Shown here one piece after another: positions 1 through 11,880 of a stretch of 32,504 nt of DNA. The translations under genes were made by a program, and so were the position numbers. Location of the stretch: NCBI RefSeq assembly GCF_001194135.2, contig NC_068984.1, positions 123,947,516 through 123,980,019 of the forward strand, given 5' to 3'. The DNA comes from Octopus bimaculoides (lineage: Eukaryota). The notes below the pieces were generated by a model. It ran no database searches. It was given only the letters and a program-made list of their open reading frames with translations, and was not told the DNA's origin. Each line of letters begins with the position of its first letter. The stretch's first letter is position 1.

Positions 1-69
1 AAAAGTGAAAGAAATACCGCTAATACCGCGGTCTGATGATTTTGTCCGCTCACTATTTTTATAATAATT

Positions 70-360
70 GTTTCTACTTTAGGCATAAGGCCTGAAATTT
101 TAGGGGAGATGATTATTCGATGTCATCGACTCTAATACTCAAATGGTTTTTATTTTATCCAAATCGGAAGGAATGAAAGGCAAAGTTAACGCCTGAGGAA
201 TTTGAACTCAAAAGTTAATAATGAGCTCCGAAGAAATACCGCTCAGCAAAATTTGCTGAGGCTGACATTGCCTTACCGGAGATGTATCAATCGATGTAAT
301 TGACAGACCACATTCCCATAAAATTTCAGGCCTTGTATCTATACTTGAAAGAATTACACT
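70..360. mobile_element. Two degenerate family-A SINE fragments in opposite orientation (~70-260 minus, ~283-360 plus)
   Basis: Match the family-A consensus seen elsewhere in the window (aggcctgaaatttt, gaaaggcaaag, gaatttgaactc, aaataccgct). Confidence 0.7.
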
Positions 361-559
361 CTGAAGCAATTCAGCATCTGATGAAGTTGAAGCTGCTGTG
401 AATAGATCTGCTCGTAATCTTGCTGTTATATGATTTCCCCATCAAACTACAGACGTCAAACGCCAGCCACTTTGCTAACACATTGGCCAACTTAAGCTTT
501 ACTATGAACAGAGATGTAAGACGGAAATTAGCAATAATGTGAACTTATTTCACTTCTTT

Positions 560-1000
560 CTCAGCGTACAGCCATTTTCGACTTAATAGAATTTGTTATT
601 TATCCGTTCTGCTGCTAGTTGCAGTAGACATTTCAGGCTTTTGCGATCAGATTTGGCATGTATACTCGAAGTTCGTATAGCAGACCATTCAGACAAAATG
701 ATCTGTCACTTACAACCAACCATATCTCAGTTGCTGTTCCTTTTCACAGTATTTCGCATCTTCCATCGAATCATAGCATGCTATTGAGTTGTTGCAAGTC
801 CACCAATGCCTTCGGTTCACTGTTCACCCGAAGACTAAGGTATCAATATTTATTCCTCTGGAAAGCCGCACACATTTACGTCTGTTTGGAGTCAGTTGCA
901 GTAGTTTGTCATGGTCCTTCAAAAGAAAATTGTAAATTTGTTTCTATATCACGCTCCTTCTGTGCGGGGTCACTGAATAATTTAAGAGCGCCAGTCTGAG
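560..1000 (-). mobile_element. Highly decayed non-LTR retrotransposon fragment (zinc-knuckle region, RLE-type)
   Basis: Frame-shifted remnants on the minus strand (KYCEK, DHFV, DRKA*NVY, KWLY) resemble the CxxC...HDRKA..VYW..KWY segment of R4/Dong-like LINEs. Many stops. Confidence 0.35.
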
Positions 1001-2368
1001 CTCTGATTACAGAACCTTTGAATTTCACGTTAAGAAAATAGTCGAGGACTATTCTTGCATCTAACATTCAGTTCCTATCCTATGTTTTTCCGAATTGCCA
1101 CTGCTTCCAATTCACTCCCTAGGCAGCTCACAAATATCACTTTTCAGTTGCTAGTTATTTGTTATATTCTATCAATTCCATAATCTCCATCTTCAGAGTA
1201 CTCCATCGCTGGTGGTTAACAATGACCTTTATTTATTGCCGCTTAACTAATCCGCCAATCCCGTTGCAGTAGGCTTTGCACAGTTGGAACGACGCCTTCA
1301 ACTTCTTGTAACCAGATCTCTGCTTATGTGTTTTATAGATTTCAGATAACGCGAGTGCGTGTATTATGTAAATTGTGGTCTCACTGATGGCTACTACATC
1401 TATGCCAGTGAACTGAGACCATCTAGAAAGTGACTCTACTTCTGAACTGACCCGGGGATCCGTGTATCCTCTTTTGAGTACAGTTGTTGATCGTAAGAAT
1501 AGAAGTGAAAAATATCACTTACCTTACTACTGGAGAAGGGAATATAATCCTGTCTTCCCTGCTTGAGGGTTTTCTTGAAAGAACCCCTCCAAAAGATTCT
1601 TAATCACTCTGTTTTGGAACATATCCATGAGGACCTCTTTAGCAAAAATCTGCTCAGCAGTTTTAAAGATAAGGTTATAAAACTACCCTACTTTGTTTCA
1701 TTCTGCATGTCTTGTAATGTATCTCATCATCTCACACTCGTTTCGTTTTTACAACAGTAAAGCTGATGAGAGATGGTTTTTATGTGCTTAGGTTGTTTGT
1801 GGTGTTGGTAGTGTTGGTTTTGCAGTTGAATTGCTGCTTCTTTTGGTATTTATGCTGTAATTGTGTTTTATGTATTTTTTTCTGTTATCGCTTTTGTTGT
1901 TGGTGCGGTTGGTTACTGATTTGGCTGTTGTTTTTATGGTGGTGGTGTTGGTAATACTGCCATCTGTATGTGTGTGTATGTGTGTATGTGTGTATGTGCG
2001 TGCGTGTGTGTGTGGGTGCTTGACATCGCATCTTCATGTATTTAGCTTATAGTGCTTTTCTCATTTGTCAAACATTTTTCTTTTCAGCCTGACGAACACC
2101 ATTTTCCGAAAGGGATCTCGGAAACGTTTGAGGCTTGGAAGTGAATGGTGTATCTGCACCAGCGAGCGCGTTTGCATTTTGCTGTGCGTGAGGGTACTCA
2201 CTGCAGGGAGATGTTGTTTGATAGTAGTGGTGAGCTCTGTTATTGTTGTTATTTGGAGATGTACCTTACAGGTGTTACTTCTATTGCTGTTGTAGCGGCG
2301 TGCCCAGTTTCTGTGGTATATATATATATATATATATATACATCTGTTGGCGAGGCGCGCTACAGACC

Positions 2369-2397
2369 TAGGCCAGGAACTTTCTGATACCACCTCA
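2369..2397 (-). mobile_element. Solitary mariner-like terminal inverted repeat
   Basis: taggccaggaactttctgataccacctca followed by TA; resembles the MITE TIR at 14889-14917. Confidence 0.45.
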
Positions 2398-2599
2398 TAC
2401 TTTCAAAAGCAGATGCTTTAATTCATGTTGTTCTTGCTATCGATTAACCTGACCTTAGACCTAGTTCTGCAGATCTATGTTCAAATATGACCTGCATCCT
2501 CTGAACATAATCACATTTAAACATAAATCTATAGAATGAAGTTTATTTCTCAAATGTCGTGTATCAATAACTACATTATATAACATTATATGCAGTGAA

Positions 2600-2760
2600 G
2601 GCAGATGGCCTAGTGGTTAGGATATTGCACTCATGATCGCTAGATCGTGGGTTCAATTCCCGGACAGGGTGCTGCGTTGTGCTCTTGACCAAAACATTTC
2701 ATTTCATGTTGCTCCAGTCGGCTCAGCTCTAAATGGGTAAACTTGTGACGGATTTGCAGA
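2600..2760 (+). mobile_element. Family-B tRNA-headed (CORE-like) SINE, diverged or partial
   Basis: A box tggcctagtgg, B box ggttcaattcc, then gctcttgaccaaaacatttcatttcatgttgctccagtc as in the 3376 copy. Confidence 0.75.
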
Positions 2761-3322
2761 TTAGCGTACGACGGTGAGATAGTGACTCACGAAAATTACT
2801 CGAACGGAAGTCTCGTGAACCATGTTTTGAATTCATTGTTCGAAAGGATAAATAGTACAACCAGTTCTCTGAATCCCGACTGGTTGGGATTAGTTGTTCA
2901 ACCACGTCGAAGGATATAGCGTGTCCTTTTCAATATAGTTACGGGTGAGATTAGAAAAGATTAGGCTGATATTTTTAGTAGATCAAACGGTCACCAGAAG
3001 ATCTCTTGTTGATTTGTGTGAAGTAGATAGGCAACAGTATCTATTAAAATGTTTGCGAAGGCAATAAAAGAAACATGTAATTCACTTCCATTTCCATACT
3101 AAAATCGAACTAAATAACCTTGGAAGAGTCATGAACGTCACATAATCTAGTTCTTTTCGTCATGAAAATTACGGGACCACCACAACACTCAAGTATAGCT
3201 CAAATCACCACGATACTACAGACATGTCTCACAGCAGCAGTGTATAGGTATAAACGTGGAAGTTAGTGTCATACCAGCGTTGAGAAACGAAACCGTAACC
3301 CTTTAGTTGAAAGAATTACCAC

Positions 3323-3790
3323 GTAACAACATGGCTTTGCCTCAGCCTGATTTATTTGCATATATATTTATCACCGTGGAGGCGCGTGGCTGAGTGGTTA
3401 GGGTGTCAGCACCATGATCGTAAGATTGTGGTTTCGATTCCCGGACCGGGCGACGCGTTGTGTTCTTGAGCAAAACACTTCATTTCACGTTGCTCCAGTT
3501 CACTCAGCTGGCGAAAATGAGTAACACTGCGATGGTCTGGCGTCCCGTCCAGCTGGGGAACACATACGCCATTGAAACCGGAAACCGGCCCCATGAGCTT
3601 GGCTAGGCTTTAAAAGGGCACATTTATTTATTTATTTATATTTATCAACACAGACTGAGGAATATCAATATAGATTCAAATGTGATTTGATCATGTAACA
3701 ACATGGCTTTGCCGCGACATGATTTATTTGTATGTATTTTTAGCACAACAGACTGAGGAATGTCAATATAGGTTCAAATGTGATTTGGTC
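3323..3790 (+). repeat. Tandem duplication of a ~95-bp unit; first copy split by the SINE
   Basis: gtaacaacatggctttgcc...tgatttatttg...cagactgaggaat.tcaatatag.ttcaaatgtgatttg.tc occurs at 3323-3692 (interrupted) and 3695-3790 (intact). Confidence 0.85.
3374..3636 (+). mobile_element. Full-length family-B tRNA-headed SINE with (TTTA)n tail and 11-bp target-site duplication
   Basis: A box TGGCTGAGTGG (3387), B box GGTTTCGATTCC (3430), CORE-like gtgttcttgagcaaaacacttc. TSD tatatttatca at 3363-3373 and 3637-3647. Confidence 0.9.
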
Positions 3791-3867
3791 TAAAAGAAGA
3801 AAAAATTATACAATCGATTTTCACTTTGGTAATGATAAATGTTCAGTGCATGAAAACATGGGAAGAG

Positions 3868-4010
3868 CTTTGGCTGAGTGGTTAAGAGTTTTGCTTTGCC
3901 TTCATGAGACCTCAGGCTTGATCCCGTTACATGGCATCACGTGCAAAATCCTGTTATCGAAGTTGCAGTCTGACCAAAGCCTTCTGCTTGAATCTAGGTA
4001 GACGTAAACT
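3868..4010 (+). mobile_element. Diverged 5' part of a family-C SINE
   Basis: tggctgagtggttaag...gaccaaagccttctgcttgaatctaggtagacgtaaactga matches the head of the 27634-27962 element. Confidence 0.6.
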
Positions 4011-5940
4011 GACGAGGACTCTTTAAGTATAATCTGAAAATCTGTTCCTGTCACACTGGTTCTGCCTGAGGATTACATTGAGGGTACAAGTGTCACTGGA
4101 ATACTCAACCATCCAAAGGATAATACAATGAGTTGACAGTTCAGCTGACGGAACCCTTATTTTTAAAACAAGTGGAAAATCTTTTAATTATTTATGCAGT
4201 CCTACAACCTGCTTCAATTCAATAGTCAATTGTCTGTTCTATATCATAACTAGTTGTCACTCAACAATCGAGTAAAGACTATCACACACGCACGCATACA
4301 CACGCACACACCCAGGCACACAAAAACAAGCAAAGATACACAGATGCACATTCATTCATACATACATACATACATACATACGGACATATACATACACAAT
4401 GATACCACGCATATGCACACTGATTCACAGAGTATACACTATGCTACAAGGCAAGGGAGACAATTTTATCAAGTAACATTTGATACTGAAACGAATTTTA
4501 TGGGGGCTAAAGAAGTCATCTGAATAGCTTTATCAAAGGGAAGATCTGAACCTTACGTAGTTAAAAGGTAACAAATCATTAGACTAATATAGGGATAAAG
4601 GGGTCTTTGTTGCAAGCCACAAGATCCTACAGATCACTCAAAAATAAAGTTTCATTGTATGTCACCCATAAAATGGCCTCTCCCAGGTCGCTTGGTCCTG
4701 TAGAAATAAAAGCTACATCTTCAGTAATTTGCAGTTGATCGTCTTTAAAAAAAATGGCAAGAAACGTGTATATATATATATAGGATAATGTAATCTTAGA
4801 TTCATTTAAACTTAAACGAATATATCACCATTTATGCGGCTGGTTACCATTATATAGAACGTTTATCATCATTGATTCCTTATATAAGAAGACAGACTTT
4901 TTATTTACGAGGAGGGAGAAAAGATTGTGTGATGTTGATGCATTTCTCAAGAAATTCATAGTGCGATTTACGATCGGTGATCGAAACTAGACCACAGATT
5001 CTGTCCGCTGTGATGATCAGTTTACAGTTTTTGCCGCAATGCTGTCATACTAACCGACATTTTACTGAGATGTCCCAAGAGTCCAGCTTTATATTCAAGC
5101 AATACTTGCTACGGTATTAGCTCTTTGCGCTAATACAAATAAGTTAAAAACGGAGAGAATTAATTAATTAAACATTTATTCTCGTATAAAAAAAAAGAAG
5201 AAAACAAACTTCTATTATGGTCGCTCTCTCTCTCCCCGACCGAATTAGTACTAGCTGTTAAGAATTATTTTCAGGCAGACATTAAATATTGTATTAGGAA
5301 AATGAAGCGTCCAAGTTAATTCTAATCAGGAGGGAAAAGAAATAAGCAAACTGTCAAAATGCTCTTTCGTATTCTAACCGATTTGCATTGTTATTTTACA
5401 AAAGGTGTCACAGTTATGGCGTCTAACATGAATATTGTAATAAAGTAAGGGGCAAGAGCGAGATGCTTAAGAACATAACGCCTGTTGTAATAGATGAAAT
5501 TTGCTGAGTTCGCTATTAACTAAATCCACATTACTTGAAATCTAATACAATCACACTTAATACATGTTACACTGCGGCCCCGAGATGAAATGCCATACAA
5601 TTACAAGCTAACCCGGAGGTCACTCGAGCTACTAGAAATAGTAACCAAATTTCTTTGTTTTATAAAGTGCAAAGAAAAAACATTGAATAATGAAATACTT
5701 GATAGTACTTGAAGTATGAGGTGTGAATCATGGACAAAAAAATTAGCTCAATTCATAATGACTGAAGGAGAGAGAGAGAGAGGGGGGGAGGAAGGAGAGT
5801 GTGGGACAGAGGGATAGAGCTAAATTCAATTAAAGAAAGTGTTACCGATACACACATATACATATTAATATATATGTGTGTATGTTGTTGTATTCCAAAA
5901 GCTATAATATTTAGCGTTTAATTTGACGAAAGCTGTTGTC

Positions 5941-6013
5941 AGCAGGCAATTTAGCTTAATGGTAGAGTATTCAGCCGGAAAATGAGGGTACGGGTTCGAA
6001 TCCCGTGCCTGTT
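5941..6013 (+). pseudogene. tRNA-like sequence (probably repeat-derived, not a functional tRNA)
   Basis: D arm tagcttaatggtagagta; T arm acggg-ttcgaat-cccgt; anticodon loop ccGGAaa with an imperfect stem. agcaggc/gcctgtt pairs as an acceptor stem only with a 4-nt insertion. No long variable arm despite a Ser anticodon. Confidence 0.55.
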
Positions 6014-7957
6014 TGCTAGCAACTTTTTCCGTCTTATAAGGGTAAAATACCAAATCTTTCTAGCTATACTGCCATTCTTTTCTCCTTGTTTCTCTCCTTA
6101 TTCTTTTCTATGTTCCTTTCAGTTGAAGAGCGTAGGCTCGAAACGTCAAAGACTTTCTCTATTCCCGAGCGTTAAACTAATACATCCATTTGTTATTTAC
6201 ACCACCTGTCTTNNNNNNNNNNNNNNNNNNNNNNNNNNNNNNNNNNNNNNNNNNNNNNNNNNNNNNNNNNNNNNNNNNNNNNNNNNNNNNNNNNNNNNNN
6301 NNNNNNNNNNNNNNNNNNNNNNNNNNNNNNNNNNNNNNNNNNNNNNNNNNNNNNNNNNNNNNNNNNNNNNNNNNNNNNNNNNNNNNNNNNNNNNNNNNNN
6401 NNNNNNNNNNNNNNNNNNNNNNNNNNNNNNNNNNNNNNNNNNNNNNNNNNNNNNNNNNNNNNNNNNNNNNNNNNNNNNNNNNNNNNNNNNNNNNNNNNNN
6501 NNNNNNNNNNNNNNNNNNNNNNNNNNNNNNNNNNNNNNNNNNNNNNNNNNNNNNNNNNNNNNNNNNNNNNNNNNNNNNNNNNNNNNNNNNNNNNNNNNNN
6601 NNNNNNNNNNNNNNNNNNNNNNNNNNNNNNNNNNNNNNNNNNNNNNNNNNNNNNNNNNNNNNNNNNNNNNNNNNNNNTATATATATATATATGCATGTAT
6701 GTTAGATGAGGTTCGACGAGATTCTACACCAATAGCTCTGTGTGTTGAATAGAATAGTCAAATTTCTCACATCAATCTCTTTATTGCTGCAGTCTTTTGA
6801 ACGTCATCAAATTATGATACAACTTAAGAAAGTTGGCTCCACAATATGTAAGATGTCAAACAAGATTATAAAAGTCAGCTGGGAGGTACGTTCCAATTGA
6901 TGGATATCAGAATGACAAAGACAGTGAATGAAGTAAAAACACTGCATGAAGTAAAAAGAAAGAGTGAGAGACTATTATGGAGCAGGAATTGAAATTACTA
7001 AAATGCTGGTCACCGTTTTCTTCCTGGTAAAATTATTTCCGCACCCCCAAAGAAATATATTCGTTTCATTTATACAATGCAAAATATTACTTGCTTGAAT
7101 GAATTTGACAGGAGAAAAACATTGAAATGTTACACATACCCACACACATACGCAGATACATATATAGGTATATATGTATTTATATACTAATATTATACAT
7201 ACGTATGTATATATTCATATATTTTCACATGTATGTATATATTCATATATATCCACACACACACGCACACAAGCACACACGCACACACGCACGCACACAC
7301 GCACACGCACACGCACATACGCGCACACACATAACGTTTCTGCTAACGTTCATTCCTTTCAGCAACAAAGCTTTTAAATGTAGATTTGAGTTATTTGCCT
7401 TGACTGTTTCCGTTGGTACATTCGGAAATATTTGAAGAAAACTTGTGATGATTTTTGGGGAAATTGGAGAAGAACAAATACGCTTTGTAGACTTTAACAA
7501 AATTACTACGATAAGGAGGGGAGATAATTAAAAAAGTTTTATATATTTCGAATAGAAATGTGCGTGCTTATAATAATCCCAGAGCATTTCTTTTCCAGTC
7601 GTAGAAAATAAGTTATAGTTGCACAACTTGAATTATTAGCTGTATATATAAGGAAACCATATCAAACACTCACCAATAAAGCTGAAGCCACATGCACATG
7701 CAGAAACAGAGTTACATGCTCAATAGATATATTTGGTAGCACAGAGTGCATAATTTACAAGGTTTAAATTATATACAATTCAGCCTGAAAGTGGAATGTA
7801 TACGCCACATAGGCATGAGGAAGGGAGATTTAAACAAAGATTCTATAATTATACATGCTGGTATAGATATTTAGGGAGAAAGGAATATAACAAAATTTAG
7901 CCTATTACCTCTGGCATTTAAATGAAAAAAAATCAACGAAGTATCGAAGTACCTTAC

Positions 7958-7981
7958 CATAATGGAAGCGGAAAACGTGAT
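7958..7981 (-). CDS. Candidate 24-nt microexon (ATCACGTTTTCCGCTTCCATTATG); host gene unproven
   Basis: On the minus strand: tgtttctttttacTGCtctacacAG | 24 nt | GTAAGG. Polypyrimidine tract, canonical splice sites, length divisible by 3, open in all three frames (phase 1: DHVFRFHY; phase 0: ITFSASIM). Confidence 0.4.
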
Positions 7982-8064
7982 CTGTGTAGAGCAGTAAAAA
8001 GAAACATCTTCAAAATCCTACGCGAGCAAGGCCTGTGTTTAAATACGAGATTAGCAATATTTGA

Positions 8065-8475
8065 GATATTGCCATAAGTGGAGATGTACGACTGTATGAT
8101 AAAGAACTGGAAAAGATTGAGAAGTACAAGCCATTAAAGATGAGATTGCACAAATGTGGGCAATGAAGAAAGTAACTGTCATTCCAAAAGTTGTAGGGAC
8201 ATTGAGAGGACTAACAACCAAGTTTGAGAAATTTGTTGGAGAAATTGGGATTGACATGAGAGTAGAACACGCTCAGACACCCGATTTATTGGGGACAGCT
8301 AGGATTTCGCAATTCCTACTTGGACAAGTATCGTGAAATAAGACTTTGAGAGATCTTTGGCAACAGGTTGTTGTCCGCTCTTACAGAATTAGCCGGAGCA
8401 ATTGAAATCGAGTGCTCTGAGAAGTGAAACAATAACAATGATTACCATGATGATCATAATGATAATGTTAATAGT
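8065..8475 (+). mobile_element. 3' end of an RLE-type (R4/Dong-like) LINE: endonuclease domain, 3' UTR and degenerate (TAA/TGA)n tail
   Basis: DIAISGDVRLYDKELEKIEKYKPLK, frameshift, then DEIAQMWAMKKVTVIPKVVGTLRG...LLGTARI, matching the D-(x)n-EK..KY..L restriction-like endonuclease motif. Confidence 0.85.
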
Positions 8476-8760
8476 TATCTAAAGACTTCTTCCTGATTTA
8501 ATAGTTAATATGTATTCACGAAATAACAGTGATTATTATTATTATTTAAGAACGTTCTGACACCTACATTTATTTATTCATTCATTCATTCATTAATCAT
8601 TATACAAAATCCCGTATTTAATTACTTAATTGTTCAATAAACACTCACTTGAGAAAGTTATCTCTAACTTACTTGTATAATATCTATTTGTCTAACATTA
8701 ACTAAAAAATTTAAAGAATTCTTCGAGATTTAATGGATCGATGATTCTTCGCTCAGTAAT

Positions 8761-9210
8761 ATTTCTAGCACAAGGACAAGGCTTAAAATTCTGCTGGTAG
8801 GAGACATTCTTTATTTGATGTCATCGGCTCAGGAAGGCTAAAATACAAGGTCGACTTCAGTAGATTTTCAACACAGAACGTAAACGGCCGTAACCAAATA
8901 CAGCAAGGCATTTTTCCGACGTTCTAAAGTAGTCACTAAACAATAATAATAACAGTAATAACTATTTACTTAAGAATACTGCAATCCATTAATTGATATA
9001 ATTATTTATGCGTCATTTAAAGAAACATATTATCCACTGTTCCCTTTAGAACGATCACGTCTATTTATGTACATATATATGCCCTAATATTCTTTCCTTC
9101 TAATTTTGGTACAAAGCTAACAATTTTGAAGGAAGCCAATTACAACGACCCCAATAATTACTTGTTATTTATTTTATAGGCCTCGAAAGGATAAAAGGCG
9201 AAGTCAAATT
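8761..9210 (-). mobile_element. Two degenerate family-A SINE fragments (~8761-8935, ~9098-9210)
   Basis: Similarity to family-A consensus (caaggtcgactt, cagaacgtaa, gaaaggataaaaggcgaagtc). Confidence 0.6.
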
Positions 9211-9211
9211 C

Positions 9212-9915
9212 CAACGCCTGGACAAGAAAACTACTAACAACTAAGAACATTCACCACCCAAAAGCAGACGTTGATCGACTGTACCTACCTAGGAGTAATG
9301 GGAGAAGAGAAATGATGCAGGTAAAACTGTACTATAAGACCTCCATAATAGCAATGAACAAGTACTTATCCAGTGCAGAGGACTGGATGCTGCGGCTTTT
9401 GTGCAAACACGCAAGCAAAAAAAAAAAAAAAAAACAAATGACATTCTATTTGTCAAGGAAGCTTGCAATTTCGTAAGGGAACTTGGCAGTAACTTTGAAT
9501 TAAATGAAGAACCTGAAACCACTGCCGCCAAACAAACAAAACGGATCAAACAGACTGCAAAAAAGAACTGGCAGAAACAAATTGAGTAGCGGTGGACCCA
9601 GAAGCCTCCGCATGGAGAGTATATACTTCGAAGTCGAAATGCTGATGTAGATCAAGCAACAACCCACCAGTGGCTGAGAAGCTCAGTGAAAGCAGAGACT
9701 GAAGGTTTCATATCGGTGGCACAAGATCAAAGCTTGCTTACCAAAAACTACCAGGCTAACGTTCTTCAAAACTGTTCTGACCCTAAATGTAGATTCTGCG
9801 ATACATTTGATAAAACAATAGACCATCTCGTCTCAGGATGTCCTGTGCTGATACCAAACGAATTCAAAAATCACCATGATAGGGGAAGACAGTATTTACA
9901 TAGGAACATATGTAA
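9212..9915 (+). mobile_element. Decayed RLE-type LINE fragment: RT C-terminal region and CCHC zinc knuckle
   Basis: HHPKADVDRLYLPRSNG; ATHQWLRSSVKAETEGFISVAQDQSL; KCRFCDTFDKTIDHLVSGCPVL...HHDR. Stops and a poly-A frameshift. Confidence 0.9.
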
Positions 9916-10311
9916 GGAAGACGGAGGAAAAAATCGCAAACAATCCACACATATAGCACACAATAAACTAGATACAATAATAAAAGAAAAAAAAAGACAA
10001 GCAAGAAAAGACAAGGAAGATACATGACTCTAAAGAAAAACAATCAATGTATTTCATAACAAACACAATTCTATGTCACTAAAACAATATGTAACACGCT
10101 TCTGAGGAATGTCGAGGTGTACCAGTTGGTACAGTAGAAACACGCATGAAACTGTTGAAAACACAAAAATAGTAACAATAATTGTTTCTCACTTTGATAC
10201 AAGGACTAATGTAGAGAGGCACAACAAATACTACAAGACATTGTTTTAACGACTCTTTACTGATTCTGTCACTCTGTTGCCCTGTTATGATAATAATGGT
10301 TTCTGCATTGA

Positions 10312-11219
10312 GTACAAGGCCAAACATTTTGAAGAGAGGCTGCTAATCAATTATACTGATTCCAGAACTTGGCCAGTACTTTATTTTCTGGAGTCTGATG
10401 GGATAAAAGATAAAGTTGATCTCTGCAGATTTGAAATCAGGACGTGAAGAGCCAGAAAAAAATAACGCAATGTATTCTTTTTCGATGGTCTAATGACTGT
10501 ACCAATCCCTCGACTAGTGATGGTAATAATGATTTAAAATTTTGGCGCAAGGCCAGCAATTTCCGGGGAGAGATAAGTCGATTAAATCGACCTCAATGTT
10601 CTACTGGTACTTACTTTATCGACCACGAAAGGATGAAAGGCAAATCCGGGTGAATCCGGGTGAATCCGGGTGAAACTTGAAATCAAAATGTAAAGAAGGA
10701 TGAAATATTGCAAAGCAATTTTGCCCAGCGTGTCATCGATTCTGTTAGCTCGCCGCCTTATTGATGGTAATAATTCTGTCTAATAAGGCGGCGAGTTAGT
10801 AGAATCGTTAGCATGCGGGACAAAATGCTTAGCGGTATTTCGTCTGTCTTTATGTTCTGAGTTCAATACTGCTGAGGTCGCCCTTGCCTGGGGTCGATGA
10901 AATAAGTGCCAGTCAAATACTGGGATCGATGTAAATGACTAACCTTCCCCCACCCCAGATTTCGGGCCTTGCGTCTATAGTAAAAAGAATAAAAATATTA
11001 CGTGAGTGAGCTGGCAGAGTCGTTTTCACGTCAGTGAAAATGCTTAATGGCATTTCTTCCGGTTTTATGTTCTGAGTTCAAATATCACCGAAATAGACTT
11101 TGTCTTCCATCCTTTCGGTGTCGTTAAAATAAAATACCAGCCAAGTACTAGAGACGATATATTCGATTTGACACCCTCCCTTCAAAATTGCTAGCCTTGT
11201 ATCAAAGTTACAAAGAATT
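10312..11219. mobile_element. Cluster of four family-A SINEs (~10312-10500 minus, 10528-10762 minus, 10782-10990 plus, 11004-11219 plus)
   Basis: Heads ggcggcgag..., B box gagttcaa, central gtcgat.aaataagt.cca, tail ggccttg..tctatagtaaaaagaat. Confidence 0.85.
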
Positions 11220-11669
11220 GTTAAAAAACATGCTGATTAATAATCTGGTAATCTCTTTATAAATATTGATGGACATCAGTTCGTAGACTTCTGTGTCAAT
11301 TTCATTGTAATTCTCGTTGTAAATCTTGTGGTAAATCTTTATGTATTGTACATTGTGAGGTCTTGTGTTTGTTGCAGAATAAGGTTCCCTTTCCTGACCC
11401 TTTGATGCCACCTTCGTAGAATATTACAAGAAGGCAACAACAAGCGGTTGGGAAAGAAGTCCATATAGCAAAGGAAAACAACTCCATGTTGTTGAACTCA
11501 CAGATAAACTGGCATCACTTCAGGATAAGTTTACGAATAAACATCTTTCCTTCTTGCGCCGTCGAGGATTATCCTTGAGAGGGTTTTCGTTGAAGTTTCC
11601 ATTAAAAGATTAATTCTGAAAGAAAATCAATTCCTTGTGTTTGCAGTCTTCCATAATCTCTTGCCGAAC

Positions 11670-11880
11670 CAATGAGGGAAGGGAGGCCCCTATGAGGTAA
11701 CTCGACCTGCTAGAAATAGCAACAGAATCTCACCAAATCACACATAGTCATTTAAAAATAAATAAGTTTACATTTGATAATGTAGTACTAGATATACTGC
11801 GTTGAAAAGATATGGAATTGACGAGGATGGACAGACTTTCATCCATTGGTCCGCCCGATCAGGGTCAGTCTATGAAGTGA
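11670..11880 (+). mobile_element. Unclassified dispersed repeat (family D); related pieces at ~5578-5740 (+), ~19400-19560 (-), ~18700-18756 (+)
   Basis: Shared motif ggtcactcgacctgctagaaatagca...caaatcacac. Confidence 0.6.

Noticed and set aside
1515-1680. Perfect minus-strand donor AAG|GTAAGTGA at ~1521 with an upstream open stretch (FYNLIFKTAEQ...)
   Set aside because: No polypyrimidine acceptor, tandem stops just before the donor in the long frame, no recognisable homology.
5941-6013. Functional tRNA-Ser(GGA) gene
   Set aside because: Acceptor stem needs a 4-nt insertion, anticodon stem is mismatched, C at position 33, and no long variable arm.
11208-11640. Possible transposon ORF remnant on the minus strand
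   Set aside because: No motif I could assign with confidence.
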